Assembly: GCA_903959905.1 (NCBI GenBank) | Contig: CAJBYO010000005.1 | Location: 20,674 to 84,673 of the forward strand | Direction of reading: 5' to 3' | From: an uncultured Bacteroidales bacterium | Lineage (GTDB): Bacteria > Bacteroidota > Bacteroidia > Bacteroidales > FEN-979 | DNA: 64,000 nucleotides | Notes under the pieces: generated by a model | Told to the model about the DNA's origin: nothing | Database searches by the model: none | The model's input: the letters and a program-made list of their open reading frames with translations, nothing else | In this document: piece after piece, positions 1 through 10,018 of the stretch | How positions within the stretch are numbered: the stretch's first letter is position 1 | Layout: each line of letters opens with the position of its first letter | Translations under genes and position numbers: made by a program

Positions 1-1532
1 ACTCGTTTACAACAGCCAGCGACGGTTCCCTGTTCAACGAGGTGATCTCGACACTTCAGCCGGGGTGGAATGAACAATTTTATGTCAACAATGAGATCCT
101 CTATAAACAAACCCAGATGGCTGCATTAACCAAAGAAGAGTGGGGAAATCTGGCATTGGGCACAGAAGAGATCTGGGGCAATTATTATGGTGCCCTGCCC
201 GAGATACGGGAGCTGGAAAGCCGGTTCAGCAAATATGATACCACCGCCGGTGTGCTGAATATGAAAGCCATGTTGAAAATCACCAAGGCGATGAAGACCT
301 TCAAAGTGACCGATTTATTCGGGGATATTCCATTCAGCATGGCAGGGTTCGGGTTTCAGAACCTGGAATTCCTTCGCCCCCGGTTTGATAAACAAAGGGA
401 CATATACCTGGCCCTGCTGGATGATCTGAAATGGGCTGATGAAAATATTGACGCAACCGCCCCGCTGGTGGAACCTTATAAATCGTTCATCGGGTTTGAC
501 AGGCTTTTCCAGGGTGATATGAAGATGTGGAGGAAACTGGCCAATTCTCTCCGTCTGAGGCATGCCATGCGCATGGCAGAAAAAGAGCCGGTAATTGCCG
601 GTGGGATCATCAGCGATGTTATCGAAAACAACAAGCCGGTTCTCGTGGGGTATTCATTTACCGGTCCGGTGCTGGAAAGTGTCTGCCTGTGGCCTGCGGC
701 CATCGGATTCAAAAATGAAAGCCTGGTCTGGTCCTTCAGCGAGCACAAGAATCTCAGGATGGGCTCCAATATCTGGCACCTGTTTTCAAGCAACGACAGC
801 ACCAGCGGGACCGGAATCTTTGATCCCAGGGCCTGTATTTTCTTTGAAACGAACAACAAAAGCGAATGGGCGCCTTATCCGCAGATTCCTGAGGCCACCA
901 CCCCGTCAGAGGGCGGAATACCTTATGCAAGTCAGCGGGATGTGGAAGGATCTTTCAGCATTAAAGGCGAAACCTGCCTTTATTCCCCGTTTAATTATTT
1001 TATCATAGCCGATATAAATTATATGCCCATCGTCCTTTTCACAGGGGCGGAAATTCATTTTCTCAAGGCAGAAGCTTATTTCAGGGGGATCGGCGTTGCG
1101 ATGAACAAGGATTTTGCCGACAATGAATACATGAACGGGATCAATTCATCTGTTGGATGGTGGATGAAAACGGCGGAGAATTCAAAACTTCCCGGTTCCG
1201 GGATGACCTTCCCTGAAACCATCGGCATTCCCAAAGGATTGAATGCATCGTCGGTGATGAATCAATATGGAAGCTGGAACGCTAAAACAGAGGAGGAAAA
1301 GCTGGAATTCATTTATACCCAATGGATGCTGGATGCCTTCCGGCAACCCTGGGAGGCTTACGCACTGGCACGACGTACCGGCAAAACACCGCACGAAGGT
1401 CCTGTAATCAGCCATTACAGGTTGCCATATCCGCCGTCAGAAGTTGAGTACAATTCGGCTAATTGCGCACAGGCCATTTCCAGCCAGGGGGGCGACGGAT
1501 CCGGTATCAAAATATGGTGGATACCAAATTAA
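1..1532 (+). CDS. susD: SusD/RagB-family nutrient-binding outer-membrane lipoprotein (5' end cut by window edge)
   Basis: The frame is open from nt 3 to the stop at 1530-1532; the listed ORF 42..1532 begins at an internal GTG. Size and the W/Y-rich C-terminal part (YTQWMLDAFRQPWEAYALARRTG, YRLPYPPSE) are typical of SusD-like proteins. Confidence 0.8.
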   Translation, partial: SFTTASDGSLFNEVISTLQPGWNEQFYVNNEILYKQTQMAALTKEEWGNLALGTEEIWGNYYGALPEIRELESRFSKYDTTAGVLNMKAMLKITKAMKTFKVTDLFGDIPFSMAGFGFQNLEFLRPRFDKQRDIYLALLDDLKWADENIDATAPLVEPYKSFIGFDRLFQGDMKMWRKLANSLRLRHAMRMAEKEPVIAGGIISDVIENNKPVLVGYSFTGPVLESVCLWPAAIGFKNESLVWSFSEHKNLRMGSNIWHLFSSNDSTSGTGIFDPRACIFFETNNKSEWAPYPQIPEATTPSEGGIPYASQRDVEGSFSIKGETCLYSPFNYFIIADINYMPIVLFTGAEIHFLKAEAYFRGIGVAMNKDFADNEYMNGINSSVGWWMKTAENSKLPGSGMTFPETIGIPKGLNASSVMNQYGSWNAKTEEEKLEFIYTQWMLDAFRQPWEAYALARRTGKTPHEGPVISHYRLPYPPSEVEYNSANCAQAISSQGGDGSGIKIWWIPN

Positions 1533-1573
1533 CCAGGTTACATACACGGAATATACATTTAAATAGAAAGCCC

Positions 1574-4081
1574 ATGAAAAAGTCTACTCTCAGTTTCAGT
1601 CTGCTTCTGTTCATTTCATTGATCCTGCAGCCTTTAATGATGTTTTCGCAGACCAACCAGTACCTTCACTTTGACAAGGTCGACGATTTTGTACAGTTGC
1701 CTAACGGTTCGCAGTACGTGTCGGGTGGAAATCAACTCTCGATGACCGGCTGGTTTTTTTGCGATGCCCTTGCCTACGGACAGGGATATATGGGTTTTCG
1801 GGCAGGGTCAGGGACAGCAGAATTCTATATACTCCAGTTGAATACCGGGGTTATGGAATGCCGGCTGGTTACTACGGCAGGTTTTTTTGAATATGTTGCA
1901 CCTGCCAATACGGCGATTCCACAGGTGTGGCAACATATGGCATGGATATACGACGGGACCTCCATCAAACTCTATGTGAATGGAATACTGAAGGGCAGCA
2001 AGCCGGCATCCGGAACTTTTCTCGGCCCGGCTGTAGCATTTGGTATCGGGAAAAGCATTCTTGGCGGGTTTAACTTTGTGTATGGCGGCCGCATTGATGA
2101 GGTCTCCGTGTGGAACAAGGCCCTCACACAAAGCGAAATCCAGAATATCATGGCCAATGAACTCACAGGAACAGAGGCCAACCTCCAGCTATATTACAAG
2201 TTCAACCAGGGTGTGCCGGGTGGAAATAATACCTCCATTTCCAAGCTTGACTGTGAAATCGGAACAGGTGAACGGGATGGTGATCTGATGAACTTTGCCC
2301 TGACCGGTGCGACTTCCAATTTCAACGGAACACTTGACCCGGGTTACCAGGCCATCTCATTTCCGGTGATCCCGCATCATCTTACCACCGACCCTCCCTT
2401 TGATATCCAGGCAACAGCCACATCGGGACTTCCGGTTAGCTTTGAAGTATTATCCGGGCCGGCCACGATCAGTGGCAACACGGTTACCCTCACCGGCGCC
2501 CAGGGTGAAGTAAGCATTAAAGCGACGCAAGGTGGCAATGGCACCTTTAATCCGGCAGATCCCGTTATTAACAAGTTCATGGTCATTGATCCCATCCTGC
2601 ATGTTCCGGATATTGAAGCCAGGCACCCGCTTGCAGGCGATGTGCATGTGCCCTTGCTTTCAAAAATACTCCTGTCAACTTATTCTACCATCACCTATCC
2701 GACATTATTCAGTGTAGCGGAGGTGAAGTTCAAAATTAACAACGAAACGATACCGGCCCAAACCTTTCAAAACGGACACTTCATTGCCTGGTGGTCGCCA
2801 CCAAACTGGGGAGATTACACACTTACCATTATTTCGACAAATAACTTCGGAGCTTCTGCAGAGCAAACAGTCAACATAAAGATTGTTCCCGATGCTGTCG
2901 ACATGGAAGTGGTGGCGGCACAGGGTGTCTGGCTGAATCCAAATAATGTCACGCAAACCGTCGCTGCTAATTTGCCCTCTTACCTGGGTGCATTCAACAA
3001 GGTAACTGCCACACTGGCGGTTACATGTCCTGCGGGTGGTTGCGGCGAATGGGACAGGGTGGCCAGTGTGGATCTCAAAGGCCATGACGGGAAATGGTAT
3101 GAAATTATCCGGTATATCACACCCTATGGTGTTCCATGTTCACACAACATTGATCTTACCGACTATATGTCGCTGTTACTGGGAAAGGCAGAATTCAGGT
3201 TTAATTGCGGAACCCTCGATAATGGCTACAATTACAAACTTACCTTGCATTACACCAAGGGGACCCCTGCACATTTATACAGTACGGTTCATGAAGTGTG
3301 GAATGAAATCTATCCCTTCGGAGATTACAGCAATCTCCAGCCTGTGGAGTTGCAAACATATGAGTTTCCCGACAATGCAGTTGCCGCGAAACTGAAACTT
3401 GTCTCAACCGGCCATGGCTGGGGAGACCTGAACACAAGCAATGCTGCCGAATTTTACAATGCCATTCACCACATCTGGGTTAACAACGTGCAGACTTTTG
3501 AACAGCATAACTGGTACGACTGCAATCCGAACCCCGATGCCTGCCAGCCTCAGAACGGGACCTGGTATTATGACCGTGCCGGATGGTGTCCTGGTGCCAT
3601 TGCCCAGTGGTATGATTACGACATGACGCCTTACGTTGCAGGGAACACCGTGGATTTGAAATATGTCTTTTATGAAAATTATGTCGACCTGTGCCATCCC
3701 AGCAACCCAAATTGTGTAACGGGTGTTACCTGCACCAATTGCGCCGACGGGTTCAATCCAACCCTTGATGTAGCCTGCAACCTGGTGGTATTTTCAGAGA
3801 ACCCGGTATTGACCGGACTGGATAAGCGTAAAGCATCCTCCTCCTCATTCAGTATCAGGCCAAACCCTGCCATCAGTAGTGTTGAGGTTTATGCCTTTGG
3901 TACTCCCGCCACACAGTCGTTCCCGGTGCAACTGCTTTCCATGACCGGAACAGTATTGGGCCAGTATGAGTGGGATGGAAAATCAGTGCGACTGGATCTT
4001 TCACAATTTCCAAGGGGTATCTACCTGGTGAAGATCAGCACATCGGATAAAACGGAGATGAAGAAGCTGGTTCTTCAGTAA
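1574..4081 (+). CDS. Secreted LamG-domain protein with PNGase-F-like C-terminal region and T9SS type-A C-terminal sorting domain
   Basis: In-frame ATG at 1574 gives signal peptide MKKSTLSFSLLLFISLILQPLMMFSQ. LamG motif GRIDEVSVWNKALTQSEIQ. TGHGWGD..AEF..HHIWVNN..W..DRAGWCPG resembles the peptide-N-glycosidase F C-terminal domain (from memory). The C-terminus IRPNPA..GIYLVKI..KKLVLQ is a T9SS CTD. Lies immediately downstream of susD. Confidence 0.75.
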   Translation: MKKSTLSFSLLLFISLILQPLMMFSQTNQYLHFDKVDDFVQLPNGSQYVSGGNQLSMTGWFFCDALAYGQGYMGFRAGSGTAEFYILQLNTGVMECRLVTTAGFFEYVAPANTAIPQVWQHMAWIYDGTSIKLYVNGILKGSKPASGTFLGPAVAFGIGKSILGGFNFVYGGRIDEVSVWNKALTQSEIQNIMANELTGTEANLQLYYKFNQGVPGGNNTSISKLDCEIGTGERDGDLMNFALTGATSNFNGTLDPGYQAISFPVIPHHLTTDPPFDIQATATSGLPVSFEVLSGPATISGNTVTLTGAQGEVSIKATQGGNGTFNPADPVINKFMVIDPILHVPDIEARHPLAGDVHVPLLSKILLSTYSTITYPTLFSVAEVKFKINNETIPAQTFQNGHFIAWWSPPNWGDYTLTIISTNNFGASAEQTVNIKIVPDAVDMEVVAAQGVWLNPNNVTQTVAANLPSYLGAFNKVTATLAVTCPAGGCGEWDRVASVDLKGHDGKWYEIIRYITPYGVPCSHNIDLTDYMSLLLGKAEFRFNCGTLDNGYNYKLTLHYTKGTPAHLYSTVHEVWNEIYPFGDYSNLQPVELQTYEFPDNAVAAKLKLVSTGHGWGDLNTSNAAEFYNAIHHIWVNNVQTFEQHNWYDCNPNPDACQPQNGTWYYDRAGWCPGAIAQWYDYDMTPYVAGNTVDLKYVFYENYVDLCHPSNPNCVTGVTCTNCADGFNPTLDVACNLVVFSENPVLTGLDKRKASSSSFSIRPNPAISSVEVYAFGTPATQSFPVQLLSMTGTVLGQYEWDGKSVRLDLSQFPRGIYLVKISTSDKTEMKKLVLQ

Positions 4082-4200
4082 CTCATTTCACGGGGTAAAA
4101 CTGCACGAAGAAGAGTCAACGGTGATGCCTTCAGGAAATGTGGAGGCAGATGCACCGGTGGTTATCTCCAGTGTGATCAGGATTAGAAGCGTTTTCATGG

Positions 4201-5070
4201 TTATTGCTTCACAATTTCTACCCTGCGGTTCAGTTTCCTGCCAGCTTCGGTATCATTGGAACTCACCGGACATGCCTGGCCCACGCCCGCAGCAATGAGT
4301 CTTGAAGGATCAATTTTACCTGTGGAAACAAGGTAGTTCTTAATGTTCTCAGCCCGTGCTTTTGAGAGATTCATGTTGCCGTCGAATGTGCCGGTATTGT
4401 CGGTGTGGCCGGCCACGATGATCTTTACAGAAGGATTGTCATTCAGGTAGCCGGTGATCTGTTTCAATGTTTCAGCCGATTCGGGTTTTATTTCCGACTT
4501 GCCTACGTCAAAGAGAATGCCGTACAGGGCTACTTTCCCGTCTTTGTCAATGCCTTCCTTAAGCGTAAACTCCACCTCCTGTTTCATGCTTTTGACAACA
4601 ACAATGACCACATTATATCCTTTATCGTCAGCGTCATCCGCATTCTCAATGGCCATGAATACCTCATCTCCATTGTCGGTGAAAGAAAAAAAAGTATTCT
4701 TCAGCGACAGGCATTTGCCTTTGATTTTCGTTACCGCATTGGCATAGTTAAGCCGGATCTGGTCGCCGCTTACGGTACGCGGCTCATTTTTATCCTTCTC
4801 ATAGTTGATACGCCGGAACTCCCCGGCTTTTTTCACCCGCACAGATTTGCCGTCAAGGCCGTGATAAAAAAATTCATGTTCCTTATATTCACTTGAGGAA
4901 CAGGCTTTAATGAAAAACCCCTTCATCCGGCCCAGGTACGATGGTTCGATGTTCTTGCAGTCGGCCTTATCTGTTTGACTGTAGGAGGCCAGGGAAAAGA
5001 AAAGAAACGTTATCAGAATTATTGCTCTGACGTGCATATCGGCGTAAGCATTATTTATTTTGGTCATCAT
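4201..5070 (-). CDS. OmpA-family protein (N-terminal domain of unknown function plus OmpA-like peptidoglycan-binding domain)
   Basis: C-terminal GHTDNTG..N..LS..RA..V..YL...NRRVEI motif. Signal peptide present; the start may be the internal ATG at 5037 (MHVRAIILITFLFFSLASYSQ). Confidence 0.85.
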   Translation of the reverse strand: MMTKINNAYADMHVRAIILITFLFFSLASYSQTDKADCKNIEPSYLGRMKGFFIKACSSSEYKEHEFFYHGLDGKSVRVKKAGEFRRINYEKDKNEPRTVSGDQIRLNYANAVTKIKGKCLSLKNTFFSFTDNGDEVFMAIENADDADDKGYNVVIVVVKSMKQEVEFTLKEGIDKDGKVALYGILFDVGKSEIKPESAETLKQITGYLNDNPSVKIIVAGHTDNTGTFDGNMNLSKARAENIKNYLVSTGKIDPSRLIAAGVGQACPVSSNDTEAGRKLNRRVEIVKQ

Positions 5071-5330
5071 CGGAGTGTTTAGCGGTTGCGAAGATAATTA
5101 ATTTCGGTTTTTTGAGGCATGGTGCCGTGATCTGTATTTACCTTAAAAGTTCATTTTCCCACACTACAACCTTCATTTTTGACGCCTGGGGTAGTTAAAT
5201 TTTCCCGGGTGTGATACAACTGTGATTTTTGCAATCAAAAAAATGGTAATGAAAATAAAACATCATTTCACCTGAAATGTTCCGTAATAACAACGGCCTT
5301 TTTTACAACATAAATTTTAAAATCTATCGC

Positions 5331-6788
5331 ATGAAAAATGATTCAATTTTCTTCCTTTCACGCATCTCAGCGAAGGGAATACTGCTTGTTGGCATGATAT
5401 TGATGAGCCTTGGCACTGGCGCTGTGGCGCAGACCACGATCACCGGGGGAACATCCCTGACGGTACTTCCAGGTACCACGATGATTTCAGGAGATAATCT
5501 CAATATCAGCAGCGGTGCGACGATGGACAACCAGGGGCTTGTCGTGCTAAAGAAAAACCTGGCCAACAGCAATGTAGCGGCAAATTCAATTGGCTCCGGA
5601 ACGGTACATTTTTCCGGGACTTCTGCGCAGGCGATCAGCGGGCAGAGTATCATACAGCATATGACCGTGAACAATGCCTCCGGTGTTACTGTATCCGGGA
5701 ACACGAAAGTCAACGGTGCATTGGTGCTGACCAGCGGACTGGTCACACTCGGCAGCAGCAACCTGGTCCTGGGGCCGGCTGCGGTTGTGTCGGGAAACCC
5801 CGGGGCAGTCAACATGGTGGTGCCGACCGGGGCAGGAGAGATCCGGAAAGAGTATGCTGCCGCCGGGAGTTTTACCTTCCCGGTAGGAGATGCTACGGGT
5901 ATTGCGGAATACTCCCCTGTGACTTTGCAGTTCAACAGCGGAACATTCGTTCCAGGCAACACGGCAGGAGTCAAACTTGTAAACGCCCAGTATCCGGGCA
6001 CCGCAACAAGTTACCTGTCAAGGTACTGGACTGTTTCATCCGCGGGGATCACAGATTTTTCATGCAATGCCACTTTCCGTTATCCGGTTGCAGATGTGAA
6101 CGGAACCGAAAGCGACATCTTCAGTTTCAAAGTTGATCCGGCACAGCCATGGATCGCCTACAATTCGGCAAACACAGGAAACCATGAGATTCATGCAAAT
6201 GGCCTCTCTTCCTTCGGTATCTTCACCGGAAATGAAGGCAATGCACCTGTTCCTCCTGATGTTCGGTCGCTCCAGGACAAGATCATCACCCCCGGCATGA
6301 GCAGTTGTGCAGATGCTCAACAAACACTGCTCGTTGCCGGCAACGGAACGACGTACCTTGTACAAAACGGAGGAAGCGTAAACCACATCGCAGGCGTAAA
6401 TATCATCTACGGCCCGGGGTTCAGGGTGGAAGCGGGCGGCTACCTGCACGGGTATATCTCCAATGTTTTCTGCAACCCCTATAATCACAATCAACCGGTT
6501 GTTACCGGTACGGAGGAGCCCGGCCGTCCCACGCCGCCGCAGACCAGTCTTTTCACCGTATATCCGAACCCGACATCAGGCGAGTTTATTGTTGAATTAA
6601 AGGGTGAACCGGCTGAATCTTCGGTACAGGTTGAAATATTCGGCATTCGCGGAGAGCGGCTGCTTTCAGGGGATTTAGGGGTCGCCGGGAAGCAGGTATT
6701 TTCACTGGCATCAAAACCCACTGGGGTGTTTATTGTTCATGTTCGGTCGGGTTCGGTTTCTGAAACGGCCAGAATCATTAAAAAATAA
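5331..6788 (+). CDS. T9SS C-terminal-domain secreted protein (function unknown)
   Basis: In-frame ATG 5331 (MKNDSIFFLSRIS..). Gly/Thr/Asn-rich repeats. C-terminal FTVYPNPTSGEFIVELKG...GVFIVHV matches the T9SS type-A CTD. Confidence 0.7.
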   Translation: MKNDSIFFLSRISAKGILLVGMILMSLGTGAVAQTTITGGTSLTVLPGTTMISGDNLNISSGATMDNQGLVVLKKNLANSNVAANSIGSGTVHFSGTSAQAISGQSIIQHMTVNNASGVTVSGNTKVNGALVLTSGLVTLGSSNLVLGPAAVVSGNPGAVNMVVPTGAGEIRKEYAAAGSFTFPVGDATGIAEYSPVTLQFNSGTFVPGNTAGVKLVNAQYPGTATSYLSRYWTVSSAGITDFSCNATFRYPVADVNGTESDIFSFKVDPAQPWIAYNSANTGNHEIHANGLSSFGIFTGNEGNAPVPPDVRSLQDKIITPGMSSCADAQQTLLVAGNGTTYLVQNGGSVNHIAGVNIIYGPGFRVEAGGYLHGYISNVFCNPYNHNQPVVTGTEEPGRPTPPQTSLFTVYPNPTSGEFIVELKGEPAESSVQVEIFGIRGERLLSGDLGVAGKQVFSLASKPTGVFIVHVRSGSVSETARIIKK

Positions 6789-6833
6789 AAGGAGAACAGT
6801 CACCAGTCAAAATAAAAAAATTAATTGAAAAAA

Positions 6834-6910
6834 CTCTGTGGTTCTCTGTGTCTTCTCTGTGTACCTCTGTGTAACCAATTCATTACACAGAGGGTCACAG
6901 AGAAAAAGAG
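6834..6910. repeat. CTCTGTG-unit hairpin element (copy 1)
   Basis: Four tandem CTCTGTG-containing units followed by inverted TACACAGAG / CACAGAG. 6855-6863 pairs with 6884-6892. Confidence 0.7.
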
Positions 6911-6990
6911 TGTGCAAGCATTTTTTGTGCAATAATGAAGTCACAGAAAGTAATAAAGTTGTAATTTTCGGAGGATCATTTAACAAGGCT

Positions 6991-9900
6991 ATGCGGGGTA
7001 TCTTTTTATTGCTTTTTTTTATCTTTTATGGTGGCGTATTATCGGGCCAGAACCCCGACCTGGTGTTCCATCATATCACGGAACACGAGGGGCTCAGCAA
7101 CAATATCGTGAATTGTTTTCTGAAGGACAGCCGCGGATTTTTGTGGATTGGCACCTACAACGGGCTGAACCGCTATGACGGCAGCAGTTTTACCATTTTC
7201 AAACAGGGGAAAGACAGTTGTACCATGGCTGACAATACAGTTCATTCCTTGTGTGAGGATACGAATGGCAACATCTGGGGCGCCAACGAAAGGGGTATAT
7301 TCTGCTATGTGATAAAGGATAATATTTTCAGGAACTATTTCATCCCCAAAAAAGAAGATATCCCCAGCATACATAATATTCTCTGCGACCGGAAGGGTAT
7401 CATCTGGGCGGGAGGATACTCCGGATTGTACAGGTATGATTCTTCAAAAGACAGCCTGGTAGAATGCGGGAGCCAGTCATACCTGAAGCGTTCTGCCTAT
7501 GATAAACGGGTTGTTAAAAACGGCATGATTGAAGATCCTTCCGGGAATGGCTTCTGGCTTGCATCTCCAAGGGGCTTGAAATATTTTAATAAAGCGACAC
7601 AACAATATTGTGACTTTTCAACACCCGGGGGAGGCGAATTATTCAAAGATCATTTTATTTCGGCGTTGAATAAGTCGCCTGAAGGGCATTTCTGGTTTTT
7701 TGATAACATCAGCCTTCAGATTATCGGCTTTGACCCGGCCAGCAGAAAAATTCTGAAGGTGATCCGGCTGGATGATCAATACAAAAATTTTTTCGGCTCA
7801 ACCATTTTTGAAGATAATGAGCATAATATCTGGTTCTCAAGCTGGTCGTATGACATATTGAAGATTTCCTATAAAGGATCACTCAGAATGGAACTGGTCA
7901 AACACAATTCTTCAGATCGGACTACCATTGCCGGGGATTTTTTCTGGGCTGCATGGCAGGACAGTGAAAACACCATCTGGCTTGGAACCGTGGGCGGTAT
8001 TTCAAAGATCAACCTCCGGCAGTTGTTTTATAAACGGTATGATCTGTCGGAAACTGTATTTCCCGAAAAAAAAGGTGTTCAGTTCAATACACTGGTGGAG
8101 GATGATTCTGACCTCAGCTGGTGGATCGGATTTGAATATGACAACAGGCTGCTGCATTATTTTCCCGAAACGGGCTCATTTGACTTCTTTCCTTTACCTG
8201 TCAATGCCCGGGGGCAATCTCAGGGAATTTATTCAATCACAAAACTTGAAAAGGACTTGCTGCTGACTGCTGCCAGTGGCACATGGATATTTAACACAAT
8301 TCGTAAACAGTTTAAACGGTTAAATACAGGTATCCCGGCCATCGATACCCTTAAATTCAGCCGGTTATCAAAGGCGAATGATACATCATACTGGTTTAAC
8401 AATCCGTCCTTTATCATAAACTGGAATCCGGTTGCACACAGATTCCGCCGTTTTACGGCTGATCCGCAGAAAAATAAGCAGCAGGGGTACATTCGCTGCG
8501 TAAGGTCTGCCGGTAAAGATGCCGTCTGGATGGCGCTTAAATATACGGACCTGGGCTATACTTCAGGCACAAGTGACCGGATTACTCAGATTTCGCTGGA
8601 TGAAAGCGATATGGGATATCAATCAGGTTTTATCTGGGACTTATGTACTGACCGGAATGGAACGGTATGGATGGCTAATAAAGGACGCGGTTTGATCTCA
8701 TATAAACCCGTCAGCAAAAAAGTGAAAATATGGGATGAATCAAAAGGCCTTGCATTTAATCATATCCAGGCTGTCATGGCAGATGCCGACAACAGAATAT
8801 GGACGGCAGCCTATAATAAGATTTCAATTTTCAACCAGGTAACGGGTAATTTTTTTAACCTTTCACTGCCATTCACCACCAACTATTACGACTATCGCAA
8901 TGTCATGGTAACCCTTCATAACGGTCACATCATCACCAACCTGAACGGTTTGCTTTTCGAATTTTTTCCCGAACGCCTTAACACCAAACCTATTTTCAGG
9001 ACACCGTTGATAAGTTCAATCAACGATGGTTCCTCTGAAATCCTTGTTTCCGGAAAGCGCTCATTTACTTTCGCGTCGGACAGGAGATTTCTGGCTGTCA
9101 ATTTCGGCATGCTGTCAGACCCGGAGAACTTTCCGTTTTCGTTCGAATACCGGATGGATGGGTTAAGCGATCAGTGGATCGATGCCGGCAAAGCGTCGCA
9201 GGCGGTGTTTGCGCACCTGTCGCCCGGCAAGTATACATTCCGGATAAAAGCAGTGGCCAAAGACCATTCATGGCAGTCGAATGAGACCTCCATTACAGTC
9301 ATCATCAAAACACCCTTTTTCCAGCAGATCTGGTTTTTATCACTGGTAAGTATTCTGATCATTTCTGCAGTTGTTCTTTTTTTCCGGTTCAGGATCAGAC
9401 ACAAGGAAAAACTGATGATGCTGGAAAGCAGGGCCCAGATGCTGGAAAAGGAAAAGACGCTTGTGCTGTACGAAAGCCTGAAGCAACAGCTGAATCCCCA
9501 TTTTCTTTTCAATTCGCTGACCTCGCTGTCGGGACTGATTGAATCAGATCAGAACCTGGCCGGTAAATTTCTTGACCAGATGTCGCGGATCTACCGGTAC
9601 CTTCTGAAAAACCGAAACAGTGATGTGGTGACACTGAAAGAAGAAATAGATTTTGTGCGGCTGTACATTCATATACAGCAGACGCGGTTTAAAGACGGAT
9701 TAAAGGTCTCTCTGCGTGTGGAGGATGAAAACATGTACAGTAAAATTGCACCTGTCACCCTCCAGAACATGCTTGAGAATGCAATAAAGCATAATATCTG
9801 TAATCCGGATTCACCTTTATACATTGATATTTACACAGAGCAGGACTATATAGTTATTAAAAATAATATTCAGCGAAAAAAAGTTGTTGAAACTTCCAAC

Positions 9901-10008
9901 AAACAGGGTTTGCAGAACTTCAAGTCGCTGTACAAATTTATCAGCAACAACCCGATTATTGTGCTGGAGGAAGAAGAGTTTTTTTATGTAAAAATCCCGC
10001 TTGTCTAA
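6991..10008 (+). CDS. Sensor histidine kinase with periplasmic two-component-regulator propeller/Y_Y_Y domain and LytS-type His_kinase domain
   Basis: ATG 6991 (MRGIFLLLFFIF, signal/TM). Repeated GL.N..V....D..G.(I/L)W(I/F)GT propeller motifs, a TM segment FLSLVSILIISAVVLFF, then QLNPHFLFNSL (PF06580-type) and an N-box LENAIKHN. The ORF-track extension from 6838 runs through a repeat element. Confidence 0.85.
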   Translation: MRGIFLLLFFIFYGGVLSGQNPDLVFHHITEHEGLSNNIVNCFLKDSRGFLWIGTYNGLNRYDGSSFTIFKQGKDSCTMADNTVHSLCEDTNGNIWGANERGIFCYVIKDNIFRNYFIPKKEDIPSIHNILCDRKGIIWAGGYSGLYRYDSSKDSLVECGSQSYLKRSAYDKRVVKNGMIEDPSGNGFWLASPRGLKYFNKATQQYCDFSTPGGGELFKDHFISALNKSPEGHFWFFDNISLQIIGFDPASRKILKVIRLDDQYKNFFGSTIFEDNEHNIWFSSWSYDILKISYKGSLRMELVKHNSSDRTTIAGDFFWAAWQDSENTIWLGTVGGISKINLRQLFYKRYDLSETVFPEKKGVQFNTLVEDDSDLSWWIGFEYDNRLLHYFPETGSFDFFPLPVNARGQSQGIYSITKLEKDLLLTAASGTWIFNTIRKQFKRLNTGIPAIDTLKFSRLSKANDTSYWFNNPSFIINWNPVAHRFRRFTADPQKNKQQGYIRCVRSAGKDAVWMALKYTDLGYTSGTSDRITQISLDESDMGYQSGFIWDLCTDRNGTVWMANKGRGLISYKPVSKKVKIWDESKGLAFNHIQAVMADADNRIWTAAYNKISIFNQVTGNFFNLSLPFTTNYYDYRNVMVTLHNGHIITNLNGLLFEFFPERLNTKPIFRTPLISSINDGSSEILVSGKRSFTFASDRRFLAVNFGMLSDPENFPFSFEYRMDGLSDQWIDAGKASQAVFAHLSPGKYTFRIKAVAKDHSWQSNETSITVIIKTPFFQQIWFLSLVSILIISAVVLFFRFRIRHKEKLMMLESRAQMLEKEKTLVLYESLKQQLNPHFLFNSLTSLSGLIESDQNLAGKFLDQMSRIYRYLLKNRNSDVVTLKEEIDFVRLYIHIQQTRFKDGLKVSLRVEDENMYSKIAPVTLQNMLENAIKHNICNPDSPLYIDIYTEQDYIVIKNNIQRKKVVETSNKQGLQNFKSLYKFISNNPIIVLEEEEFFYVKIPLV

Positions 10009-10018
10009 CCTGAAATCT

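Noticed and set aside
4088-4198. 36-aa ORF (MKTLLILITLEITTGASASTFPEGITVDSSSCSFTP) starting 2 nt after the OmpA-family stop on the minus strand.
   Set aside because: The coupling is suggestive, but the peptide has no recognisable features beyond a hydrophobic start and there is no independent support. I did not call it as a feature.
6838-6990. N-terminal extensions of track ORFs (6838 for the kinase, 1463 for the LamG protein, 48954-49049 for tviB, 52762-52797 for EF-G, 30466-30555 for the AKR, 34558-34638 for the GMC oxidoreductase, 58377 for the MFS).
   Set aside because: The extensions run through repeat elements, promoter boxes or a terminator and begin at non-ATG codons. In-frame ATGs downstream give canonical signal peptides or family N-termini.
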